Below are positions 1 through 8,688 of a stretch of DNA of 42,989 nt, in pieces. This stretch comes from a virus (taxonomy: Duplodnaviria > Caudoviricetes). The notes under the pieces were generated by a model. That model was not told where the DNA came from and made no database searches. It worked only from the letters and a program-made list of their open reading frames with translations. The stretch's first letter is position 1; each line of letters begins with the position of its first letter. The stretch is taken from IMG/VR virus record IMGVR_UViG_3300005804_000116, positions 1 through 42,989 of that record; one strand, 5' to 3'. The translations under genes were made by a program, and so were the position numbers.

Positions 1-834
1 TTACCAATCTGAATTGCTTTGACTTTGATTCGTCATTCCATTTTTCATAGAGTAAATCAATCCATTGATTGCATCATTTACACTCTCAAACAATTTCTTT
101 GTGTTTTTTTCTCTTGAGGAAGAAAACCAGTATTCAACGGGATCAGTTTTCCAAATGTCGTTCCCTGAATTGTATCTCAGTGTAATATCAGTCACTTCAT
201 ATTTGTACCTATTCTCCTTAACAAAAATTGATGCCCTGAAATTAACTGTTACTGTTTCTGGTTTAATGGCAACGAAGCCGTGAATTATTGATGTATTACC
301 TCTGCAAATTATTATACCATTTTGAGGGTCTTCGAGTTGTATCACTGCATTTGCACTTTTAAAAGTATTGGTTACCCAAATTCTTCCCCTTCTATACAGT
401 TCATCTCTATCTGTACTTTCGATTTGTACAACCTCAGAGTAAATAACCCTGTGCCCGTCAATAGGCAATATGTCCATGAAATGCAACGGCAAAAGTTCCT
501 TTGATACATGCGATTTGGGTGTCAATATTTTTTCTCTCGCAAGCAGCTTTATGTTTGTGTGATTGACAAAATAACCCTGTTCGTTATTGTCTAATACCGG
601 TTGTGCACTATAACTGATCGATTGGTTACTACAATAGGCAATCCTGTTGAGCTTTATTTTTTCAGACTTCAGTTCAGTCTTTTGGTTGATGTGATCAATA
701 ACCAATTCCTTATGATCTACCGAGGTAATCTTCCCGATAAACAGATTCCCGTTTGATATGACAATAGTGTCTTGGGCAAAGTTATGCCCAACAAAAAAAC
801 TCAGAAGCATCAGAATGTACAGCTCTCGTTTCAT
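1..834 (-). CDS. Secreted DUF4468-domain protein (lysogenic moron)
   Basis: ATG at 834 gives signal peptide MKRELYILMLLSFFVGHNFA-QD; C-terminal ELYRRGRIWVTNTFKSANAVIQLEDPQNGIIICRG...IFVKENRYKYEVTD resembles DUF4468. Confidence 0.75.
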   Translation of the reverse strand: MKRELYILMLLSFFVGHNFAQDTIVISNGNLFIGKITSVDHKELVIDHINQKTELKSEKIKLNRIAYCSNQSISYSAQPVLDNNEQGYFVNHTNIKLLAREKILTPKSHVSKELLPLHFMDILPIDGHRVIYSEVVQIESTDRDELYRRGRIWVTNTFKSANAVIQLEDPQNGIIICRGNTSIIHGFVAIKPETVTVNFRASIFVKENRYKYEVTDITLRYNSGNDIWKTDPVEYWFSSSREKNTKKLFESVNDAINGLIYSMKNGMTNQSQSNSDW

Positions 835-941
835 GATTGGTTTATTTTGATTTAATAGCAAATATCGAAACTTTTTAATTACTTTCTAAGTATTAGCATA
901 TTGTAGGAAATAGGTTGAAGCCCCTTTTTTGTGCGTTACCC

Positions 942-1388
942 TCAGCCGGCTTTGCTTGAAACCGGGGTTTGGCCGTTTGCTTCGTTGCGAACAATTATAT
1001 CTTGTAGAGACCGGGCCTGTATGAGCGTAGCTTCCGTGAGTTGCTTTATGCTTTCCTGTTGACTTTCGATAATACCCAAAGCCCGGGTAAGGTTGTCGAC
1101 TGTCTGAACCGGAGCGGGCGGCAGATGATTTCCGGCATGTGGTTGAGTGATTTCGGCCGGAGGCTTCTCAATCAACATTTGCCCCTCTCCGGTTAGGAGC
1201 CATTGATAGTTGATTTCCGGGTATCTTTTGACAATATACCTTGCAAGGTTTGCGCTTATGTTGTTGATGTTGTTAAGAACCCTACGAACAACCTCTGGTC
1301 TGTGGTGCCCGATACTTCTTGCAAAGTCGCTGATATTCTTTGCATTGCTGTAATCAAATACTAACTGCATACGTTCTGAATCGCTCAT
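942..1388 (-). CDS. Phage CI-like repressor (HTH)
   Basis: N-terminal HTH (NISDFARSIG...VRRVLN...ISANLARYI) plus the typical INYQWLLTGEGQM motif; divergent from the early operon; ATG 1388 preferred over the track start 1427; no S24 peptidase domain seen. Confidence 0.85.
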   Translation of the reverse strand: MSDSERMQLVFDYSNAKNISDFARSIGHHRPEVVRRVLNNINNISANLARYIVKRYPEINYQWLLTGEGQMLIEKPPAEITQPHAGNHLPPAPVQTVDNLTRALGIIESQQESIKQLTEATLIQARSLQDIIVRNEANGQTPVSSKAG

Positions 1389-1439
1389 TGGAAAAATATT
1401 TTCAATAAAAAGTGCATAAATTGACAATATTTACAATAA

Positions 1440-1455
1440 ATGTTGTATCTTTACA
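1440..1455 (+). promoter_or_regulatory. Rightward early (lytic) promoter, -7 element TATCTTTA
   Basis: ATGTTGTATCTTTACA, one mismatch to Bacteroidetes TAnnTTTG; identical 16-mer at 35860-35875. Confidence 0.6.
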
Positions 1456-1468
1456 AATAATTTCCAAC

Positions 1469-1476
1469 CAAAAGTA
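1469..1476 (-). promoter_or_regulatory. Leftward repressor promoter, -7 element TACTTTTG
   Basis: Perfect TAnnTTTG on the minus strand upstream of the repressor. Confidence 0.65.
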
Positions 1477-1482
1477 ACAGTT

Positions 1483-1776
1483 ATGAGCGACATTGTCAAT
1501 ACCGAAGAAAAGGTAAAAATTCCAGTACCCATTGAGGTTTTGATTCGCTTACGCAAATCATTGCCTTACGGAGCTCTGTCAAAAGTGGCGAGTGAGCTTG
1601 GGGTACATTCCCAATACGCAACCATAGAGCTGACGAGGCTTGATGTAGACCTGATTACTCCAGACAACAAATCTAAGTTTGTTGACAGGGAGGTTCTGAT
1701 GAAGGTCTTGCGGATTATACGTGAGACAGGGAATCCAAGTTTCGATGACCTATACAATTTGTGTCATGAAGCCTAA
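1483..1776 (+). CDS. Cro-like small DNA-binding protein
   Basis: First gene divergent from the repressor; HTH-like LPYGALSKVASELGVHSQY. Confidence 0.65.
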   Translation: MSDIVNTEEKVKIPVPIEVLIRLRKSLPYGALSKVASELGVHSQYATIELTRLDVDLITPDNKSKFVDREVLMKVLRIIRETGNPSFDDLYNLCHEA

Positions 1777-2260
1777 CCTGGCTCTGGTCCCGGACACAAG
1801 GTGTATTGAGTTCTTCCGTAGGGAAGGCCGGTACTATGCAATCGAAGGAGGACAAACCTTTGAGGTGCTTCCAGGAACCCGATACTATCTGATTGCCTTG
1901 GAGTCTGCCATAAAGCACCCGGCATATCAGAGAATGAAGCGCAAATACGGGTTAGGAAACCCGCTGGTATTTGGTTTCATTGATGAGGTTTGGTCGGGCT
2001 TTAACGAAACCCCGGATGTGATTAATGGGAGGATTGCAGACCAGGACGGTGATATCTTCACGTCTGCAGCAAAAGTAAATCCCCGGGAAAGAGAGGTCAT
2101 ACAGAAAATTGCGGACGGAAAGTCCGATAAAGAAATTGCGGAGGCATTGTTCGTGAGCCGTCATACGGTTACCACTACAATCCGAAACCTCCGCGAAAAA
2201 TTGTGTGCAAGGTCAAAGCATCACATTGTTGCCCGTGCAGCGGAGGCCGGTATCTTATGA
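1766..2260 (+). CDS. LuxR-family HTH transcriptional regulator
   Basis: C-terminal NPREREVIQKIADGKSDKEIAEALFVSRHTVTTTIRNLREKL. Confidence 0.9.
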   Translation: MKPNLALVPDTRCIEFFRREGRYYAIEGGQTFEVLPGTRYYLIALESAIKHPAYQRMKRKYGLGNPLVFGFIDEVWSGFNETPDVINGRIADQDGDIFTSAAKVNPREREVIQKIADGKSDKEIAEALFVSRHTVTTTIRNLREKLCARSKHHIVARAAEAGIL

Positions 2261-2454
2261 GCATAGAAACGAAAAACGCAACGCAAGTTATCAAAATTCG
2301 CCTCAAGGGTGAATTAGATTTTGATTTGCGACGTGGAGGTTGCCGCCCAGGTCAGGTTTATGATGCCACATTGTATATCAACCGCGGGGCATGGTTCAAG
2401 AGGGCTGAATGGTGCGTAGTGTATCCAGAAAATTACGACATAATTACTAAGTGA
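2257..2454 (+). CDS. Hypothetical phage protein
   Basis: ATGA overlap with the upstream gene and coupling to the downstream gene. Confidence 0.65.
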   Translation: MSIETKNATQVIKIRLKGELDFDLRRGGCRPGQVYDATLYINRGAWFKRAEWCVVYPENYDIITK

Positions 2455-2783
2455 TGGAATCAACAATACTTCACGGCTTAACACCTGAGGACCTTAGGAA
2501 GATTATGGAAGAGGCATCCGGGTACAATCCGGATAAGTTTTACAACGTGATTGTAGACCAAAACTGGTTCTGCAAGATTCACGGCATAACCCGGGTAACC
2601 CTCCACAACTGGATAAAAAACGGATGGGTGGTCCCGGATGAAACTGGCAGCAGCACCCCTAAATTCAGGTTGTCCTACGTCCTGAAATTCAACGCTGATG
2701 CAATCAAGAGAAGGAAAAACAAGGATTTCATTCTAAACACCTTACAACATGAAAAAAGAAAAAACCGTCGCACAGCTGTATAA
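2454..2783 (+). CDS. Excisionase-like HTH protein
   Basis: CKIHGITRVTLHNWIKNGWV...PKFRLSYV, a MerR/Xis-type winged HTH. Confidence 0.7.
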   Translation: MESTILHGLTPEDLRKIMEEASGYNPDKFYNVIVDQNWFCKIHGITRVTLHNWIKNGWVVPDETGSSTPKFRLSYVLKFNADAIKRRKNKDFILNTLQHEKRKNRRTAV

Positions 2784-3069
2784 GCAGTTTTGCAACACCT
2801 ATTCAATCAAGCAGCTTGAAGAAAACCGGGAGCTGCTTTCCCTGCAGCTGTATTTTCAGAACAGGTGCCACATGGCCGGTGGCAATTATGTCCATGTGCC
2901 AGAATTTGAAATGAGAAAGTTGATTAAGCGGCATCTGGGGTACAGGTTCCCGGAAAGAAAAAGCGCCCTGAGGAAGGGCGCAATAGACAACCGAAAAGAT
3001 GAGTCAAAAAGCGGTATGTCCGCTGCAAAGATAATGGCAAATGAGCCACTTTCAACAATTAGTTATTAA
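2749..3069 (+). CDS. Hypothetical phage protein
   Basis: In-operon ORF of 106 aa; its 3' part overlaps an antisense sRNA candidate. Confidence 0.65.
   Translation: MKKEKTVAQLYKQFCNTYSIKQLEENRELLSLQLYFQNRCHMAGGNYVHVPEFEMRKLIKRHLGYRFPERKSALRKGAIDNRKDESKSGMSAAKIMANEPLSTISY
2954..3024 (-). ncRNA. Candidate antisense small RNA of about 70 nt
   Basis: Minus-strand TTG-N19-TATCTTTG promoter (3055-3026), 5' hairpin GCGG-acata-CCGC, terminator GCGCCCT-tcctc-AGGGCGC followed by TTTTTCTTT. Confidence 0.6.
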
Positions 3070-3086
3070 CTCAAAAACTCAATTTT

Positions 3087-4016
3087 ATGCCAATCGTGAA
3101 AAAAGATGAGTCGCTCCCGAAAAGGCCTATTGTGATAGTCCTTTATGGTGAGCCAGGAATAGGGAAAACTTCCCTGTTCAACACTTCTGACAATCCCCTG
3201 CTGTGCGACTTCGACAGAGGGGTGGACCGTTCTGTTTTCCGTCAGGATTCCCTGCTTGTGAGCAGGTGGGAAGATGTCATTCAGGAAGAGAAGGCCGGCA
3301 CGTTCAAATCCTACGCAACGGTAGGAATTGACACGGCCAAGGCTGCCCTTGATGACTTCCTGATGTCCTATGTTATCCGTCAGGACCAAAAGCTTGCGAA
3401 AAACAAACTTGGGGCCTATGGTGCAATCGGGGATGAATTCAAAATCTTCGTAAACAACCGGAGGGCTGATGGTTCAGACCTTGTTATCATTGCACACGCA
3501 AAGCAGGAAAAGGATGGGGATATCATTAAAAGTATCCCTGACGTGACGGGTCAGTCTTACAACCTACTTCTGCGGATTGCCGACCAGGTAGGCTATATGA
3601 GGACGGTCAACAATAAGAGGACCATCCAGTTTGAACCCTCAGATTTTACCGTTGGAAAGAATGTAGCAAGGATTCCCTTGGTGCAAATCCCGGATGAAAA
3701 GGATCCCGGTTTTAAGAATTTCATGGCCGGTTTGATTCAACAGGTGAAGGATGCTATTGCTTCGCAAAGTGAGGCACAGCAAGAGGCATTGAAAAAAGTG
3801 GAGCAGTACCGGGGGCAGATTGAGAAATGCGACGACCCGGATGATCTGACTGCAATTCTTGCTGTTATCCGTGAGCTTCCTGAACAATATCAAAAAGGGC
3901 TTCTGAAACTTGTTTCAGATGCCGCAAAGCGGAATGGTTTTGTTGCCGACCGTGAAAAAGGCTGTTATGTGCGCAAAGAGGTAAAGACAGAACCTGAAAT
4001 GATGTTCCCGTCATGA
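3087..4016 (+). CDS. Sak4-like AAA ATPase (single-strand annealing recombinase)
   Basis: Walker A GEPGIGKT, DFDRG, GIDT, IIAH; position in the recombination module. Confidence 0.8.
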   Translation: MPIVKKDESLPKRPIVIVLYGEPGIGKTSLFNTSDNPLLCDFDRGVDRSVFRQDSLLVSRWEDVIQEEKAGTFKSYATVGIDTAKAALDDFLMSYVIRQDQKLAKNKLGAYGAIGDEFKIFVNNRRADGSDLVIIAHAKQEKDGDIIKSIPDVTGQSYNLLLRIADQVGYMRTVNNKRTIQFEPSDFTVGKNVARIPLVQIPDEKDPGFKNFMAGLIQQVKDAIASQSEAQQEALKKVEQYRGQIEKCDDPDDLTAILAVIRELPEQYQKGLLKLVSDAAKRNGFVADREKGCYVRKEVKTEPEMMFPS

Positions 4017-4423
4017 ATATTCCCCACACCCCAGAGCCTTGGATTGTAGATGAGCGCAGAATAAATGCAGAACAGGGCGGAACCATCGGGTTTATTCGGA
4101 TTGCTGACTGTGATGCCAGCATGGTATTGAACCCAGACCAAAAGGCAGCAAACGCTAAGCGGATTGTTTCATGTGTTAATGCATGCAATGGTTTGACAGA
4201 GTACAAACTTGAAACCTTACAAGAAGATTTGTGTAGAGGGGAAAAAGCAAGCCGTTCTATTAATGACTTGTTGGTTTTGCGTGATGAGTTAGTTGATGCT
4301 TTGGAGAAATGTACACTTGCTTTAATTGATTCGCTTAAAAGCCCAGAAGCTTGGAATATTGTCCATACTTGCGAAGCACTTTTAAAAAAAGCGAAAGGAG
4401 GCGAGAATGAAGTATCAAGTTAG
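4013..4423 (+). CDS. Hypothetical phage protein (HTPxPW family)
   Basis: HTPEPW...ANAKRIVSCVNAC motif common in phage early proteins. Confidence 0.7.
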   Translation: MNIPHTPEPWIVDERRINAEQGGTIGFIRIADCDASMVLNPDQKAANAKRIVSCVNACNGLTEYKLETLQEDLCRGEKASRSINDLLVLRDELVDALEKCTLALIDSLKSPEAWNIVHTCEALLKKAKGGENEVSS

Positions 4424-5069
4424 TGTTTCCGTCCTCGAAAAGTTCCGGAGGTTTCAGGCAGGGGTAACTGAATGGGACACAGAAAAAGCCTTACTGGATG
4501 CCATTGCCGGCAAATTTGTCCCCAACGACAAGGTCAAATTTGGCTCAGCATTTCATAAGATTATCGAAACTTTCAACCGACCCGCCCACGAGGGTGAAAT
4601 GTATGTGGAGGACTTTATCCTGTCTCCTGAGCAGTATGGCCCGGCTCTCAAATACCGTAATGAGCACCCCCTGATGATTCACGAGGTCCCAACGTCCAAA
4701 ATTTGGGACACAAGGCATTTTTCAATCCTTGTAACAGGCCGTGCAGATGGCGTTGAAGGAATCGAGATAAGAGACGTCAAAACCAAGTTTTCAACCCCGT
4801 TTTGGAGCGAATTCTACGCCTCGTTCCAATGGAGGTTTTATCTCTCCATGTTGGGGCTTGATACATTTTGGTATGACGTCTTTGAGGTGAAAAACTTCCC
4901 CCCAGTTATTATTGGGGGGAAAGCTGAGGGAGCTTGGGTTATGGAACCGGAATCTTTTCAATGCCTCAGGTATGAGGCTTTAGAGGATGAGGTGAGTTCC
5001 CTTTGTAATGACTTCGCGGAGTTTATCATTCGCAAAAATTATGCAAACCTTTTAAAATCAATACAGTAA
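4407..5069 (+). CDS. PD-(D/E)XK exonuclease-like protein
   Basis: GSAFHKIIE, GRADG, DVKTK and QWRFY motifs. Confidence 0.75.
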   Translation: MKYQVSVSVLEKFRRFQAGVTEWDTEKALLDAIAGKFVPNDKVKFGSAFHKIIETFNRPAHEGEMYVEDFILSPEQYGPALKYRNEHPLMIHEVPTSKIWDTRHFSILVTGRADGVEGIEIRDVKTKFSTPFWSEFYASFQWRFYLSMLGLDTFWYDVFEVKNFPPVIIGGKAEGAWVMEPESFQCLRYEALEDEVSSLCNDFAEFIIRKNYANLLKSIQ

Positions 5070-5545
5070 TGGAAAAAGAAAACGCAGTTTCGCAATTCAC
5101 ATACCTGCCTCAGTCGAAATCTGAGAGAGAGGTATTTGTATCGCTATGTATCGAGGAGGTGAAGTCCGGAAACCGGAACCCCCTCGAACTTGAAGTCATG
5201 TTGAAAAACATGGAAGAGACCATCAATGCAATCCGCAAACACAAGGGTTTTACAATCTGCGTAATGAGCGAGGTTGACAAGTTCCCTGAAAAAACCTTCT
5301 CTTTCAAGGGGGTAAAAATCACGAAAACTGTAAGGCGGACATACGATTTTACAGCCTGCGGTGATTCTGAATATGAGGAATTGGTTGAGTCTCTGGCAAC
5401 GGCAAAGGAAAAGGTTAAGGCCAGAGAGGAATTCCTGAAAACCATCAAACCCGAGTTTGAAATTGCAGATGCAAAAACAGGGAACCTTTTGAATTGCCCG
5501 GTGGTGTTTGTCAGCGAAGGCATCAGCATTAAACTACCTGAGTGA
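5069..5545 (+). CDS. Hypothetical phage protein
   Basis: 158 aa ORF with TAATG coupling. Confidence 0.75.
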   Translation: MEKENAVSQFTYLPQSKSEREVFVSLCIEEVKSGNRNPLELEVMLKNMEETINAIRKHKGFTICVMSEVDKFPEKTFSFKGVKITKTVRRTYDFTACGDSEYEELVESLATAKEKVKAREEFLKTIKPEFEIADAKTGNLLNCPVVFVSEGISIKLPE

Positions 5546-5546
5546 T

Positions 5547-5930
5547 ATGGAAGAAGTTAAAAACTACCGTGAGACCCGTCACCTCAGGTGTTACTATACC
5601 AATGAGGAAAGGCTGAGGATGTCAGACCAACTGGCATCCTCAAACCAAAACCTGAGCCAGCTGGAAGAGGAAAAGAAATCCATTGCCAGCGAATACAAAA
5701 GCAGGATGGACAACATCAAGGCCAACATATCCCGGCTTGCTGACAACATAAGAGCAGGATATGAAGAGCGCCCTGTGGAAGTAAGGGTAAAGTTTCATTT
5801 TCCTGCAGATAACGTGAAAACCTGTGTCCGGACAGATACCGGTGAAGAATGGGTAGAGAATATGGTTGCAGATGATTACAACCTGTTTACCCAAGCCGGC
5901 CAGGAACCAGAAGATTCCACTTTCCTATAA
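5547..5930 (+). CDS. Hypothetical coiled-coil phage protein
   Basis: ATG just after the upstream stop; coiled coil followed by RTDTGE. Confidence 0.7.
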   Translation: MEEVKNYRETRHLRCYYTNEERLRMSDQLASSNQNLSQLEEEKKSIASEYKSRMDNIKANISRLADNIRAGYEERPVEVRVKFHFPADNVKTCVRTDTGEEWVENMVADDYNLFTQAGQEPEDSTFL

Positions 5931-5946
5931 ATCAAAACCCGAAAAG

Positions 5947-7713
5947 ATGAAAACGAAAAATGCAAAACCAGTTGAGGAGTCCTCTGAAAAAAAGGACCCG
6001 ATTGTAAATGAAATAAAGTACTTCAAAACCGACGAGCTTTCTCCAAGCAAGTTGAATCCCCGGAAGAATATTGACCCGGAATCCCTGAAGGAGTTGGCTG
6101 AGTCGATTCGTGAGATTGGCATTATTCAGCCGCTTATTGTAAGGCATGGACACAGGACGATGGAGATTATCTGTGGTGAAAGAAGATACCGGGCTGCAGT
6201 CATGGCAGAACTCAAGCATATCCCCTGTATCGTAAAGGTGTTGACAGATTCAGACGCAGTTGATATGATGATTACGGAGAACCTGCAGCGCAAGGATGTT
6301 CATCCGCTTGAGGAAGCAGAAGCATTCAAAAATCTGATTAAAAAGAAGAGGTACGACATTACCGGCCTGATGGCCAGGTTTGGCAAATCTGAGTTTTACA
6401 TTCGGACCCGACTTGCTTTGAATGACCTTATTCCGGAATTTCAGGAACTGATGCGTGAGGATGTGATTGGAATAGGTCATGCAGTCGAATTGAGTAAACT
6501 CAAAGAGGAATTTCAGAGAGAAATATTAAATGACCATTTTGACGAAGAGAAAAGAAGTGGAAAGTATTGGGAATGTCCAACGGTCAAAAGTCTCAAAGGT
6601 GCCATAAAACGGGATTTTACGCAGTTACTTTCTGAAGCCCCATTTGACTTGAATGACCCCACGTTGGACAGCGCGGCCGGCATTTGTACGGGTTGTCCGA
6701 AAAACACAGCATCAACCCTGAGCCTTTTCCCAGATTCTCCGGAAACTGGCCTGTGTTTGGACCGTTCGTGTTATAAGCACAAATCGGATATCCATTTCGA
6801 CCGGACGTTGAAAAATATCTTGGAAAAAGAACCCGACGTGGTTATTGGGTGCAATTCTTACATCTATGGTGAAGCAGAAAAGAAGGTTAAAAAGATGGTA
6901 GAAGATGGAATCCCTGTTGTGAAGATTGGTTGGTCAGAAGGACTCCGGGAGATTGAAAAACCGGAACCTCCCGACCCGGAGGATTATGAAGATGATGAAG
7001 AAGATGGTTCTGTCATGTACAAGGAAGCCTGTGAGGAATACGAAAACGACTTGCGGGAATATGAAGAGAAAATATCTGGCGGAGTTCAGAAGGTCTTTAT
7101 TGTCGAAGGTAATGAAAAGGGTAAGTTCATTTATGCTGTACCTAATTCGAACAAAAATGCTTCCGGCAATTCCAGTGAGTCGAGTTTGGTTGGGCTTGTT
7201 AGCCTGAAAAACAAACTCAAACGTGAGGACGAGCTGCTACTTGAAAAGGTCAACACGAATGCGATATCTACTCTCCGGGAAGATGCCTATACTTCACAGA
7301 CCGGTCGGCTAATTGATGTAGAAATGGTAGCCCTGCTTGTCGAAATGCTCAAAACTGTGAATAATGATGATTTGCAAGATGAACTTTTTGGACATGACGG
7401 TTACATTAAAAATAAGGAGTATTATGATGTAGCACCAAAGCTGACTGAGCAGCAAAGGGTAAAAGTGATGCGCTCGTTTATTCTGTCAAGGCTATCAACC
7501 TCAGCCCCCGTGTATAATATTAGTGATGCCAGGGCAATTATCGACGTCGCACGTATTTTTTCCCCGGAAAAAATGAGAGAATTCGAGGAGATACAGGAGC
7601 AAAAGACCAATAAGCGCAAAGCCAGACTTCAGGAGAAGATTGATGAAATGCAAAATGCTATCAATGATGTGGCCAGCAATGAAATTCCTGAACCCGTTGA
7701 ATCGGATAATTAA
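5947..7713 (+). CDS. ParB/RepB/Spo0J-family protein with Cys cluster
   Basis: NPRK, GIIQPLIVR, CGERRYRAA, ENLQRKDVHPLEEA; CTGCPKN...CLDRSC; acidic tract. Confidence 0.9.
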   Translation: MKTKNAKPVEESSEKKDPIVNEIKYFKTDELSPSKLNPRKNIDPESLKELAESIREIGIIQPLIVRHGHRTMEIICGERRYRAAVMAELKHIPCIVKVLTDSDAVDMMITENLQRKDVHPLEEAEAFKNLIKKKRYDITGLMARFGKSEFYIRTRLALNDLIPEFQELMREDVIGIGHAVELSKLKEEFQREILNDHFDEEKRSGKYWECPTVKSLKGAIKRDFTQLLSEAPFDLNDPTLDSAAGICTGCPKNTASTLSLFPDSPETGLCLDRSCYKHKSDIHFDRTLKNILEKEPDVVIGCNSYIYGEAEKKVKKMVEDGIPVVKIGWSEGLREIEKPEPPDPEDYEDDEEDGSVMYKEACEEYENDLREYEEKISGGVQKVFIVEGNEKGKFIYAVPNSNKNASGNSSESSLVGLVSLKNKLKREDELLLEKVNTNAISTLREDAYTSQTGRLIDVEMVALLVEMLKTVNNDDLQDELFGHDGYIKNKEYYDVAPKLTEQQRVKVMRSFILSRLSTSAPVYNISDARAIIDVARIFSPEKMREFEEIQEQKTNKRKARLQEKIDEMQNAINDVASNEIPEPVESDN

Positions 7714-7912
7714 AGAGTGCCAATCGAGGAAGGCCCTGCGGAGGTTCCGCGGGGCCCTTTCCCCGAATCAGCCTGTTATGGTATATAGCGGAAGAAATAC
7801 ATTCCCAGCTACCATTTACCGGGTTACGGGTACTCATGTTGTAATCTATAACAATGAGCTCCAGTTTGGGGCTTATGGAATCAACTGTATCTATCCAATG
7901 AGGGAGGGATAA
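7667..7912 (+). CDS. Hypothetical protein (start uncertain)
   Basis: Fills the gap and couples by TAATG to the initiator gene. Confidence 0.55.
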   Translation: MWPAMKFLNPLNRIIKECQSRKALRRFRGALSPNQPVMVYSGRNTFPATIYRVTGTHVVIYNNELQFGAYGINCIYPMREG

Positions 7913-8688
7913 TGCGAATAAGAACGATCAAACCCGAAGTATGGGATGATGAAAAGCTGTGTAGGCTCCCTTTCGGGGCAAGGCTTTTGTTTATTGGCAC
8001 ATGGAATCTTGCGGATGATTATGGTATTGTAAGGTCAAACCCGGCCTATATGAAATCTAAGTTGTTCGCTTATGACGAATCGCTCAGGGCCCAGGAGGTC
8101 AATGATTGGCTTGATGCGTTGGTAAATGCCCGGATGTTGATACCCCTAACGTATAATGGCGAGGGCTATTACAAAATCCGCACATTTTGTGCCCATCAGG
8201 TTATCAACCGCCCCGGCAAACGTACAATCCCGAAACATGAGGAGGAGCGACAAGTTAACGCATATCTTGGAATAGAAACTGAGAACGCAGAGAACATTCA
8301 CGGAACATTCAGTGAGGATTCACGGAACATTCACGGAACACTCACTGAGGATTCACAGCAGGAAAGGAAGGGAAAGGAAAGGAAGGGAAAGGAACAGGGA
8401 GAGGAAAGTTTTTCGCACACGAGCTTTTCATGGCAAGAGATTAAAAATTTGATGCGGGAAAGCTCACTTATTCCAGAAAGCCTTGAACGACGAGAAAAAA
8501 TTCCGCGAGAAAAAATTTCTGAATTACTGGAAAGCTTTTTCCTGCGATGTGAGAGTACCGCACATGATGAACGTCGAACCTTCAGAGATGTAGCAACGCA
8601 TTTTGATGCATGGGCTTCAAAGTACTGGCGGGAACAAAAATCACAAACCTCCCCCGGGGTAAGGCTTAAACCAGAAAGGACAATGTAG
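7912..8688 (+). CDS. Phage replication initiator
   Basis: RIRTIKPEVW N-terminal wHTH family; internal iterons and KGKERKGKE linker; followed by a DnaC-like gene. Confidence 0.85.
   Translation: MRIRTIKPEVWDDEKLCRLPFGARLLFIGTWNLADDYGIVRSNPAYMKSKLFAYDESLRAQEVNDWLDALVNARMLIPLTYNGEGYYKIRTFCAHQVINRPGKRTIPKHEEERQVNAYLGIETENAENIHGTFSEDSRNIHGTLTEDSQQERKGKERKGKEQGEESFSHTSFSWQEIKNLMRESSLIPESLERREKIPREKISELLESFFLRCESTAHDERRTFRDVATHFDAWASKYWREQKSQTSPGVRLKPERTM
8292..8407. repeat. Replication-origin iterons (6 x 11 bp, arranged as 2 x 33 bp) plus polypurine tract
   Basis: gaacattcacg/gaacattcagt/gaggattcacg/gaacattcacg/gaacactcact/gaggattcaca, then ggaaaggaagggaaa repeats. Confidence 0.8.

Noticed and set aside
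8292-8407. CRISPR-like array
   Set aside because: The units are contiguous 11-mers without spacers and lie inside a coding gene
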